Source: Nitrospinales bacterium (GTDB lineage: Bacteria; Nitrospinota; Nitrospinia; Nitrospinales; VA-1). From it: a stretch of DNA of 64,000 bases. Positions 1 to 8,907 of this stretch are shown here, in pieces; the first letter of the stretch is position 1, and every line of letters begins with the position of its first letter. The DNA is taken from the NCBI GenBank assembly GCA_965223345.1, contig CBDCWG010000012.1, positions 736,001 to 800,000 on the forward strand. Direction: 5' to 3'. The notes below the pieces were generated by a model. The model saw only the letters and a program-made list of their open reading frames with translations, ran no database searches and was not told where the DNA came from. The position numbers and the translations under genes are program-made.

Positions 1-196
1 GCGTGAAAAACCGCAGCGTGAGCATGTTTTCCGGATCGCTGAGGTTCTGTTTCTCGATGTAGGCGACGGTGTCGAACTGGAAGGGATTGTGCAGATGGTT
101 CGCGTAAATCAGCACGCCGACAAGCGTGATCAGAACCATGCCTGTGATCCGCAAGGTAACGAGGCGGGATGTCCGGGGAAACGGTACGTGTTTCAT
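1..196 (-). CDS. N-terminal part of a third TMTC-like membrane glycosyltransferase (runs off the window)
   Basis: Not in the ORF track. ATG at 196 overlaps the stop of the 193..2133 gene (ATGA). Translation MKHVPFPRTSRLVTLRITGMVLITLVGVLIYANHLHNPFQFDT... has a TM helix followed by an F-x-F-D motif like the two neighbours. Confidence 0.7.
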   Translation of the reverse strand, partial: MKHVPFPRTSRLVTLRITGMVLITLVGVLIYANHLHNPFQFDTVAYIEKQNLSDPENMLTLRFFT

Positions 197-2133
197 GGAT
201 CGGGTTTGTCCTGAAACGTTTGCGCGATTTTCAGCAATTGCCGGGCCTTGTCGTTTTCAGGCTGCAATTTGAGCAGGGCGCTCAGATGCGACCGGGCTTC
301 CGCAAAGCGTTTTTGTGCCAGATACAGGCTCGCCAGGTTGTTGTGGATCTTCGGGGAGTCCTTTTCCAGGGCGAGCGCCTGTTTGAATGCCGGCTCGGCG
401 CGCGAGAAGTTTTTCAGGTTGTAAAAAATGATGCCGGTGTTGTTGAGGGCCTGCGGGTGGTCGGGGTCGAGGCGCAGCACTTCGCGGTATTCCTGCAAGG
501 CGTCGTCGAACCGGCGCTGCCCGCGGTAGGCATTTCCGAGATGAAAACGGTATTGCGACCGATGCGGTTTCAGCGCTACGGCTTGTTCCAGAAACGGCGT
601 GGCTTCGGCTGGCATGTCGAGCCGCATCCGCACGAGGCCGGCGTTGAAAAAGGCCTCGGCTTTCGCCGATCCCAAAAGCAAGGCCCGGTCGAAATGGTGT
701 TTCGCCTCCTGCCAGCGTTCTTTTCTGGAAAGGATGTGGCCGAGATTGATGTGCGCGTCCGAATGCGACGGATCGAGCTTGAGCGCCTGCAGGAAAGCCT
801 GCCGCGCAGCGGGAAAGTTCTCTTCTGCCAGATGCGCGGTCCCCAGGTTGTTGTGGACCAGGGCTTTTTGCGGGGATTTGAACGCGGTGTCCTGCCAGAG
901 GCGGACCTCGCTGCGGTAATCCAGACTGCGGTTCAGGTTGAGTGCGGCCCACAAGGCGAACAGGGCAAACACGCTCAACCGTCTCAGTCGGGTAGAGGCG
1001 GGGACTTTCAACAGCAACAGGGCCAGCAGCAGACTGACGCCCAGTCCCGGCAGGTAAGCGCGGTGTTCGGTGGCGATCTGTTTCAAGGGGATCAGGCTGG
1101 AGGTCGGCAGCACGGTCAAGAGGCCCCAGAGCAAGGCGAAGCGGATCAGGTTGGATTTCTGATGCCAGCCCCAAATGGTCAGAACCAGCAGCACACCAAG
1201 CGCGGCGATCCAATGCGGGTTGAGGGTGGATGCAATCAGGCGGGCGTCCGGCTCGAAATTCAGACTGAAGGGAAGGATCAGCTTGAGCAGGTAGTGCCCG
1301 GCGATGACCTGGATCTGCGTTAGCAGGTATCCCCATCGATCGATGGCGGCGGAGTCCGGATCGGCTCTCAGGGTCAACAACCCTCCCAGGTGCCAGTAGC
1401 GGTACGCGAGGTAGGCCAGAAGCGGGGCTGCGATCATGAGGCCCGGTTTCAGCAGGTCTTTTTTGCGCCCCTGTGGTGTGCGCAGCCAGAGAAAGACCCC
1501 GGCGAGCAGCGGCAGCGTGACGATGATTTCTTTCGTTCCGGTTCCCAGTGCAAAGAAGAACAGCGTCCCCAGGATCGCCGGAAGGGCGTACTGACTCTGA
1601 TTATGTTCATCTTTAAAAGCATGCAGAAAACAGTACAGTCCGAGCACGAAGAAGAACGTGGCCAGCACAGAGGAACGGCTGGAAAGATAGGTCACCGATT
1701 CGACGGTCATCGGATGCAGAAGATGAATCGCAGCCGCAAACAGGGGCAGGGGAGCCAGCCGGGTTCTCGTAGCCTTTGGTTCCAGCAGCGTGAGTTTCGC
1801 GGTCAAAAAATAAAACACCAGGCTGACGCCGATGTGCAGCCAGATGTTGACCAGGTGATAGCCCAGCACATTCAATTCACCCAGGTGGCGGTTGAGCGCA
1901 AAGGTCCACAGTAGCACCGAACGGTTCAAAATGTTTTCGATCCCGACGTCGCGCTGGAAATTTGCGAAGTCCCGGATGTGCGGGTTGTCCACGATGGCGT
2001 GCGCGTCGTCGTACAGAAACGGGGACTGAAGCGTGCCAAACCCGGCGAGGATGCCCAAAGCGCTCAACAGCACAATCGCTCGCAAGTCCCGCCGGACAGG
2101 TTCTGTGAACAGGGTGTGTTTGCACACGATCAT
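193..2133 (-). CDS. TMTC-like multi-pass membrane (GT-C/DUF1736) protein with C-terminal TPRs
   Basis: Motifs FLYDD..IVDN, HPMTVESVTYLSSR, LILPFSLNFE and EHRAYLP, about 11 hydrophobic helices, and TPRs (HNNLG, HINLG, NNTG, HNNLA). Confidence 0.8.
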   Translation of the reverse strand: MIVCKHTLFTEPVRRDLRAIVLLSALGILAGFGTLQSPFLYDDAHAIVDNPHIRDFANFQRDVGIENILNRSVLLWTFALNRHLGELNVLGYHLVNIWLHIGVSLVFYFLTAKLTLLEPKATRTRLAPLPLFAAAIHLLHPMTVESVTYLSSRSSVLATFFFVLGLYCFLHAFKDEHNQSQYALPAILGTLFFFALGTGTKEIIVTLPLLAGVFLWLRTPQGRKKDLLKPGLMIAAPLLAYLAYRYWHLGGLLTLRADPDSAAIDRWGYLLTQIQVIAGHYLLKLILPFSLNFEPDARLIASTLNPHWIAALGVLLVLTIWGWHQKSNLIRFALLWGLLTVLPTSSLIPLKQIATEHRAYLPGLGVSLLLALLLLKVPASTRLRRLSVFALFALWAALNLNRSLDYRSEVRLWQDTAFKSPQKALVHNNLGTAHLAEENFPAARQAFLQALKLDPSHSDAHINLGHILSRKERWQEAKHHFDRALLLGSAKAEAFFNAGLVRMRLDMPAEATPFLEQAVALKPHRSQYRFHLGNAYRGQRRFDDALQEYREVLRLDPDHPQALNNTGIIFYNLKNFSRAEPAFKQALALEKDSPKIHNNLASLYLAQKRFAEARSHLSALLKLQPENDKARQLLKIAQTFQDKPDP

Positions 2134-2142
2134 GGGCGATGT

Positions 2143-4320
2143 TCAGGAAAGGTTCTGCAATAACCGGGTGATTTCTTGTTTTTGCACGGGCGGCGGATTC
2201 AGGGCCAGGCTTTTTTCATACTCTGCCTGAGCCTGTTGCAACCGGCCCATCTGCTGATGATTCCAGCCGATGTGGTAGTGCGCGCGTGCGTCGGGCCCCT
2301 TGACCCGTAAAAAACGCTCGAAGGTTTCGGTGGAGCGGTCCCACTGCTTTTTTTTCTGCAGCACCTGCGCCAGATTGAACAGAGCGGGCTCGAAGTCGGC
2401 ATTCAAAGAAAGGCAGGATGCAAACCAGTGTTCCGCCTGTTGCAGTTTGCCGAGCGCCGAGTAAGCCACTCCCAGGTTGTAGTGCGCCAGAGCGAGCGAG
2501 GGTTCGCTTTTGACGGCGCGGTGAAACTGTTCGACCGCCGCTTCAAAACGCCCGGACTTTCCATACAGTTCCCCGAGATTGAGCCGCGCCAGGGCGTCGT
2601 CCTCGACGCCGGTGGCGGCCTTTTGGGCGGCCAGGGCGGAAAGATAGTATTTCTCGGCGTTGGCGTTGCTGCCGAGACGCGCGTGGATCGAACCCAGGCC
2701 GAGCAGAGCGCCGTAGTGATTGGGATGCAGACCGAGCGTCGTCTGGTATTCGGCGGCGGCGCGGTCCAGCTGCCCGAGATCCAGGTAGACGCTGGCCAGA
2801 TTGTAATGCGGTTCCACCAGATCCGCTCTGAGCACCCGGTTTGCATGCGGGGCCTTCGATGCCGGTTTGCCCTGTTTGCGTTCGAGCCACTGCGCGGGGT
2901 CTTGCAGATTGTATTGCAGGGCCGTGTATCGGGGGATGTTCGCCACGCTCTGTTTGAAATGCCGCAGCGCCTGTTTGAGGTCGCCGCTTTCGTAGTGCGC
3001 CTTGCCGAGGTTGTTGTGGGTGCGGGGGGAGTGCGGGTTTTTCTTCACCGCATCGCTCCACAGGCTCTTTTCGTCGATCCACACGCGGTTGCGGTCGAGG
3101 GCGCCGGCCCCCAGCAGGATCAGCAGCACCCACACCCAGGCACGCCGCTGTGTGAAAAGAAGGTGCCGCAAGCCCCAGCCCGCGATGAGGCCGAGCCCGA
3201 GGGTTGTGGGCAGGTACATGCGGTGTTCCACCGCCAGGTCGTTCAGAGGCACGAGGGTGGAGGTGGGGGCGAGGGCCAAAAGAAACCAAAGCACCCCGAC
3301 GCGGACCCAAAGGTTGCCGAAGCGCAGCGCAACGATCGACAGCGCGATCAGCAGGAGTAGAGCCAGCACGATCGTGGGGTCCGAAAAGACGCTGCTGAAG
3401 GGAAAGCCTGCGTCCACGTTCAGGTTGAAGGGAACGGCGAACAGCTTGAGGTAATAAAACACGATCACCTTCATCTGCATCCAGAAGTAGGGTCCGCGCC
3501 CGTAAAGCTCCAGTCCCTGATCCTTCGGCGCATACAGAAATCCCGGTGCGAAGTACAGAACGGCCCCCACCGCGAGCAGCATCCCACCGAGCCCGAATGC
3601 CAACGTTTTTCTCTGCCTCAAACGGTTCCACAGGCCGGGGTGTTTTTGCGGGCAGACAAAGGCGAAAAAACACAGTGCCAGAGCTGCGGGAAGGGTGACG
3701 GCGATCAATTTGGACGCGAGCGCCAGGTAGATCAGCAGGGGCAGCAGGATCGTGAGCGCGAGTACGATCTTGAAACGATTTGCCAGAGGACGGGCGGAAA
3801 ACAGCGATAGAAACGCATACAGCGCTGCAAGGTAGAAAAACGTCGCCAGCAGCGTCGAACGCGAAGAGATGTAGGACACTGAATCGGTGTTCAAAGGATG
3901 CACGACAAACAGCAGAGCCGTCAAAAGCGGCAGGGCGAGATCGGTTGCGGTGGAAGAAGCGGAATGCGCAGGCTGCGGGGACACCCAGGATTGCGTTTTG
4001 AGCAGGATGAAAAAGATCAGCAGGGTCACCCAGAGGTGCAAAACAAGGTTGATCAGGTGAAAACCCAACACGCGATTCGGGTGCAGCGTGTTGTTGAGAG
4101 CGAGTGTGAGCAGCAGGACAGGCCGGTTTTTGTATTCTTTCAGCCCGACCTGTTCGCCGAAGGCATCGAGGTCGGCGATCCACGGCTTTTCGATCAGGTT
4201 GCGGTCGTCGAATTGAAACGTGCCGCCCAGAGAGTTGAAGTAAACCAGAATCCCGACACCCACCAGCAGGTAGCAGGCGAGGATGCGTGCTTTTAGGGGA
4301 GGGAGGGAGATCGTGCTCAC
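2143..4320 (-). CDS. TMTC-like multi-pass membrane (GT-C/DUF1736) protein with C-terminal TPRs
   Basis: Motifs FQFDD, HPLNTDSVSYISSR, PFNLNVD and EHRMYLP, then multiple TPRs. GTG start with upstream AGGAG. Confidence 0.8.
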   Translation of the reverse strand: MSTISLPPLKARILACYLLVGVGILVYFNSLGGTFQFDDRNLIEKPWIADLDAFGEQVGLKEYKNRPVLLLTLALNNTLHPNRVLGFHLINLVLHLWVTLLIFFILLKTQSWVSPQPAHSASSTATDLALPLLTALLFVVHPLNTDSVSYISSRSTLLATFFYLAALYAFLSLFSARPLANRFKIVLALTILLPLLIYLALASKLIAVTLPAALALCFFAFVCPQKHPGLWNRLRQRKTLAFGLGGMLLAVGAVLYFAPGFLYAPKDQGLELYGRGPYFWMQMKVIVFYYLKLFAVPFNLNVDAGFPFSSVFSDPTIVLALLLLIALSIVALRFGNLWVRVGVLWFLLALAPTSTLVPLNDLAVEHRMYLPTTLGLGLIAGWGLRHLLFTQRRAWVWVLLILLGAGALDRNRVWIDEKSLWSDAVKKNPHSPRTHNNLGKAHYESGDLKQALRHFKQSVANIPRYTALQYNLQDPAQWLERKQGKPASKAPHANRVLRADLVEPHYNLASVYLDLGQLDRAAAEYQTTLGLHPNHYGALLGLGSIHARLGSNANAEKYYLSALAAQKAATGVEDDALARLNLGELYGKSGRFEAAVEQFHRAVKSEPSLALAHYNLGVAYSALGKLQQAEHWFASCLSLNADFEPALFNLAQVLQKKKQWDRSTETFERFLRVKGPDARAHYHIGWNHQQMGRLQQAQAEYEKSLALNPPPVQKQEITRLLQNLS

Positions 4321-4728
4321 GGACGGCTCCTGAAAACCGGGTGTGGTGACTTGCGGAACGGATTTGTGTCATATCGGAACCCTGCCGGGCGGGGACTCCT
4401 GTGAATGGGGGCTTTGCGGGAAGAAAATTCGACCATTTGCATGAATTTCGCTAACTACTATTAAAATAATGGGTTATGGCATTCCGGCGCGTTTGCGGAC
4501 AGGGTGGAAATCCGGTTTTTCAGGGGTTGCAATCGTAAAAATTTACCAAAAATTATAAAAAATCGTCCGCATTTGGTGGCAAAAAGGGTCTGAATTTTTA
4601 GGACTTTTAAAGTTGTTGAAAAAAGTGTATACTTTTATGCATACTTTGCTTTTTATGTTTAAAAAATATGTGGAACTGCGGGTTTCTTTTTCACCTTTAA
4701 GAACGAGGCGTCTGAAACGGGATAATTT

Positions 4729-6219
4729 ATGAAACTGATCGACAACCAAGCCAATATCCAGGCCATTCGAAAAATATCCTCCCTGTTTAAAACCTCATCG
4801 ATGGAAATCGACGAATTGTTGAGCACGGTGATCAACACCGCCGCCGAAATCGTCGGGGTCCGCAACGCCTCGCTGCTGCTCGTTCAGGATGAAAAGACCA
4901 AAAAGCTACAGTATTACCAGGCCTCGGGAGAAAACATGGGGCAGCTCAAGGACATCGAGATCCCGCCCGGAGTCGGTATTGCGGGCACGGTTTCAAAAAC
5001 CGGACAGGCCATCATCTCCAACGATGTGCAGAACGACCCGCGCTGGTTCAAAAAAGTCAGTGAAGAAGTGCACGACCTGGTGGAATCGATCGCCTGCATG
5101 CCGTTGATCCTGGAAAAAAAGGTGATCGGCGTCATCCAGTTCATGGACAAACAGGAGGGGGACGGTTTTTCCGAAAAGGACGTGGAAATTCTGGATAAAT
5201 TTTCCAAAATGATCCCCAAATTTTTTCTCGCTTCCAAAAGCCGGGTGGCGCTGGGTGAAGAATTCAACCGGCTGAAAGAAAAATACCTCAAACGCTACAT
5301 GATCGTCGGAGAAAGCCAGGCCATCAAAAAATGCATCGCCCTCGCGGAAAGGCTGGCCGACTCGAAAGCCGCGGTGTTGATTTCCGGTGAAAGCGGTACC
5401 GGCAAGGAACTGTTCGCGCATCTGATTCACGATCATGGCCCGCGTCAGACCAAGCCCTTCGTTTCCGTGAGCTGCGGAGCCCTGCCGGCTTCGATTCTCG
5501 AACGGGAGCTGTTCGGCCATGAAAAGGGCGCCTTCACCAGCGCCGACACCACCAAGATCGGCCTGTTCGAAGCGGCGCATCAGGGCACCCTGTTTCTCGA
5601 TGAAATCGGCGAAATGCCCATGGACATGCAGGTCAAACTGCTGCGGGTGATCCAGGAAGAGTCGTTCATCCGCCTGGGAGGCACCGAAACCATCAATGTG
5701 GATGTGCGCATCATCACCGCCACGAACCGGGACCTGGAGCAGATGGTGCGGGAGGGGCAGTTCCGCCAGGATCTGTATTATAGGATCAATGTGATCGGAA
5801 TCAAACTGCCGCCGCTGCGCGAACGGCGCGAAGACATCCCCGACCTGGTGACCTATTTTATAAAAAAACACACGCCCGATGGGCAACCCGGCCGAAAAAT
5901 AAATAAAAATCTCATGGCGCATTTGATGGGCTACAACTGGCCGGGCAATATCCGGGAGCTGGAAAACACGATGGAGCGCGCCATCGTGCTCACCGACGGC
6001 AACGAGTTGACGCCGGAAGCGTTTCCCTTTGAATCGCAGCAGACCCCCATCGAGGTCAATGTCGGGGCTTCCCTCAAGGAAGCCAACGATTCCTTCCGCC
6101 GCACCTTCATCATGAACACCCTCAAGTCCACAGGAGGAAACCGCACCAAGGCGGCGAAGATACTCAACGTGCAGCGCTCCTACCTGTCCCGGCTGATCAA
6201 GGAGCTGGAAATCGACTGA
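4729..6219 (+). CDS. Sigma-54-dependent enhancer-binding protein, GAF-AAA+-Fis HTH
   Basis: N-terminal GAF domain. [39 protein letters not shown] and WPGNIREL motifs, and a C-terminal [13 protein letters not shown]. Confidence 0.92.
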   Translation: MKLIDNQANIQAIRKISSLFKTSSMEIDELLSTVINTAAEIVGVRNASLLLVQDEKTKKLQYYQASGENMGQLKDIEIPPGVGIAGTVSKTGQAIISNDVQNDPRWFKKVSEEVHDLVESIACMPLILEKKVIGVIQFMDKQEGDGFSEKDVEILDKFSKMIPKFFLASKSRVALGEEFNRLKEKYLKRYMIVGESQAIKKCIALAERLADSKAAVLISGESGTGKELFAHLIHDHGPRQTKPFVSVSCGALPASILERELFGHEKGAFTSADTTKIGLFEAAHQGTLFLDEIGEMPMDMQVKLLRVIQEESFIRLGGTETINVDVRIITATNRDLEQMVREGQFRQDLYYRINVIGIKLPPLRERREDIPDLVTYFIKKHTPDGQPGRKINKNLMAHLMGYNWPGNIRELENTMERAIVLTDGNELTPEAFPFESQQTPIEVNVGASLKEANDSFRRTFIMNTLKSTGGNRTKAAKILNVQRSYLSRLIKELEID

Positions 6220-6386
6220 CGATTCCGTTCCGCTCCCCGCTTCCCCCCTTCATAAAAATCCCCTTTGCGGGCGGTTTCTGGTAATATGCCTGCCGCTCCA
6301 AAGATTCCAGACGTTTTCAACCTGCGGTGTCTGTTTTCGGACCCTGTGGAGCGGTCCCTCAGCCTGCCTGAACTTCAGAGACAATC

Positions 6387-7238
6387 ATGGCCCTCATCGA
6401 TGGAAAGCAAGTCGCCTCCGAAATCAAGGAAACGATCGCCGGACAGGTGACCGCGCTCAAGCAGAAAACCGGCAAGAGCCCCGGGCTGGCCACGGTGCTG
6501 GTGGGGGAGGACCCCGCATCGGCGGTGTACGTGCGCAACAAGAACAAGACCTGTCAAAAGCTGGGGTTTGTCTCCTTCGAGCACAACCTGTCCGAAAACA
6601 CGCAGGAGAGCGAATTGCTGGCGCTGGTCGCCGCGCTCAACGAAAACCCCGAGGTGAGCGGCATCCTGGTTCAGTTGCCGCTTCCCGAGCACATCGATTC
6701 CAAAAAGGTGCTGGAAGCCATCGACCCGATCAAGGATGTGGACGGCTTTCACCCGGTGAACGTCGGTCACCTGAGCACCGGTGAAGCCTTGCTGACCCCC
6801 TGCACGCCCAGTGGCATCATCCGGCTGCTGGACCACACCGGCATCGCCATCGAGGGAGCGCGGGCGGTGGTGCTCGGACGCAGCAACATCGTCGGCAAGC
6901 CGGTGGCGATGCTGCTTCTGCAGCGCAACGCCACGGTGACGGTGTGCCATTCGCGCACCCGCGACCTGCCGGAAGTCACACGCAGCGCGGACATCCTGAT
7001 CGCCGCCATCGGCAAACCCCATTTTGTGACCGGGGACATGGTGAAAGAAGGCGCGGTGGTGGTCGATGTGGGCATCAACCGGGTGGACGGCAAGCTGGTG
7101 GGGGATGTGCATTTCGAGGAGGTGTCGCCGAAAGCCGCCTGGATCACGCCGGTGCCCGGAGGGGTGGGGCCGATGACCATCGCTCTGCTCATGGAAAACA
7201 CCCTCAAGGCCTTTCAGGCCCAGCACGGACTGTCCTGA
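6387..7238 (+). CDS. folD: Bifunctional methylenetetrahydrofolate dehydrogenase/cyclohydrolase
   Basis: Motifs YVRNK, GILVQLPLP, KDVDGFHP, PCTP, GRSNIVGKP and TPVPGGVGPMT. Confidence 0.97.
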   Translation: MALIDGKQVASEIKETIAGQVTALKQKTGKSPGLATVLVGEDPASAVYVRNKNKTCQKLGFVSFEHNLSENTQESELLALVAALNENPEVSGILVQLPLPEHIDSKKVLEAIDPIKDVDGFHPVNVGHLSTGEALLTPCTPSGIIRLLDHTGIAIEGARAVVLGRSNIVGKPVAMLLLQRNATVTVCHSRTRDLPEVTRSADILIAAIGKPHFVTGDMVKEGAVVVDVGINRVDGKLVGDVHFEEVSPKAAWITPVPGGVGPMTIALLMENTLKAFQAQHGLS

Positions 7239-7271
7239 GTCTCTGATGCGCTCCTTTTGTTACCGACTCCT

Positions 7272-8636
7272 ATGAATGCGGATCTGTTCACAAGCGAATC
7301 CGAGGACGCGGCTCCCCGGGTCTACAAGGTCTCCGAGCTCACGCGCGGCGTGCGTGCGGTGCTGGAGCAGGCGTTCGACCGGGTCTGGGTGGAAGGGGAG
7401 ATTTCCAACCTGCGGGTGGCCGCCTCGAAACACGCGTATTTCGTTCTCAAAGATGAAAAATCGCAGATCCGCTGCGTGTTGTTCAAGAATTACCGGGCCG
7501 GTCTGAAATTCCAGCTCGCGGACGGGGACCACGTCGTTTTGTCCGGCCGGCTGACCGTGTACGACGCGCGCGGCGAGTATCAGATCATCGTCGAAACGGT
7601 GGACCCGGTGGGGCTGGGGGCGTTGCAGAAAGCCTACGAGCAGCTCAAGGAAAAACTGGAGAAGGAAGGGCTTTTCGATCCCGCACGTAAAAAAGCATTG
7701 CCGCAGTTTCCCTGGCGAGTCGGCGTCGTCACCTCCCCCACCGGCGCTGCGGTGCGGGATGTGCTGCATGTCATCCGCCGGCGCAATGCCAAAGTCTCGG
7801 TCCTGGTCTTTCCGGTGAAGGTTCAGGGCGAAGGCGCGGCGGAAGAAGTGGCGGCGGCCATCGAACGCGCCAACCGGCTGAACGACCTCGACGTTTTGAT
7901 CGTGGGCCGCGGCGGCGGCTCGATCGAGGATCTGTGGGCCTTCAATGAAGAGGTCGTCGCCCGCGCCATCGCCGCGTCTGAGATTCCGGTGGTCTCGGCG
8001 GTGGGCCATGAAATCGATTTCACGATCGCCGATTTCGTGGCCGATCTGCGTGCGCCCACACCTTCGGCGGCGGCGGAACTGACGGTTCCGGTGCTGCGCG
8101 ACATCCTGTACACGATCGCCACCCACACGCAGCAGATGATCGCCACCAGCGAGCGGCGTCTGAAAGAACAGCGCGAGCGGCTGCACCGGCTGATGGACCG
8201 GCGGTTTTTCCGGCAGCCGCTGGAAATCCTCGCTCCGCAGGGACAGCGGCTGGACGAATTGAACCACCGGCTGTTGCGCGGATTGGGGCAATGGGTGCTC
8301 TTACAGAGGGAACGGCTCAAAGGACAGGTGGAACGGCTGTTTCAGGCTTCGCCGGCGAAACGCATCGTTCCCCTCACCGACCGCACCGAATCGTTGCAAC
8401 ACCGGCTCGTGCAGCACATGGCCGCTCAGGTGAAGTACGAAAAGAACCGGTTCGAGGGCGTGGTCAAAAACCTCAATGCCCTCAATCCGCTGACGATCCT
8501 CGACCGGGGATACAGCATCTGCACCCTCGACGGCAAGGGGCTCAAATCCTCGCAGGAGGCGAAACCGGGAGATTCGGTGCAGGTGCGTCTGGCAGAGGGC
8601 CGCCTCGACTGCCGCGTCGAAAAGACTCAGGAATGA
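7272..8636 (+). CDS. xseA: Exodeoxyribonuclease VII large subunit
   Basis: Motifs VWVEGEISN, VTSPTGAA, GRGGGSIEDLWAFN, SAVGHEIDFT and RAPTPSAAAE. The ATG at 7272 is chosen over the TTG at 7257. Confidence 0.96.
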   Translation: MNADLFTSESEDAAPRVYKVSELTRGVRAVLEQAFDRVWVEGEISNLRVAASKHAYFVLKDEKSQIRCVLFKNYRAGLKFQLADGDHVVLSGRLTVYDARGEYQIIVETVDPVGLGALQKAYEQLKEKLEKEGLFDPARKKALPQFPWRVGVVTSPTGAAVRDVLHVIRRRNAKVSVLVFPVKVQGEGAAEEVAAAIERANRLNDLDVLIVGRGGGSIEDLWAFNEEVVARAIAASEIPVVSAVGHEIDFTIADFVADLRAPTPSAAAELTVPVLRDILYTIATHTQQMIATSERRLKEQRERLHRLMDRRFFRQPLEILAPQGQRLDELNHRLLRGLGQWVLLQRERLKGQVERLFQASPAKRIVPLTDRTESLQHRLVQHMAAQVKYEKNRFEGVVKNLNALNPLTILDRGYSICTLDGKGLKSSQEAKPGDSVQVRLAEGRLDCRVEKTQE

Positions 8637-8836
8637 GATTCAACGCCCCGATGCAACCGCATCTCGGCGGCGTTCCCTGCAAGACGCGATTTTCTAACCG
8701 TTTGCCTCGTCCCGGCGCTGCCTGACTTCACCCTCCCACCGGACCCGCTTTTTCAACACTTTTTCCCCCGTTTGCAAGCTAAGGGTTTGTTCTCCTAAGG
8801 CCCTATTCCAGAACGCTTTGGTAAATTCTCCAGGTG

Positions 8837-8865
8837 TTGACCCTTGCCGGTATCCGTTATATATT
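8837..8865 (+). promoter_or_regulatory. Putative sigma-70 promoter for the caspase/FGE gene
   Basis: TTGACC-17 nt-TATATT upstream of the ATG at 8908. Confidence 0.5.
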
Positions 8866-8907
8866 TCTTAGTTGAACCTACAGAACGACCGTCGCTTCGA
8901 GTTATTC

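Noticed and set aside
8633..8725. Short ORF (MRFNAPMQ...) overlapping the xseA stop
   Set aside because: 30 codons with no recognisable similarity, so it cannot be supported.
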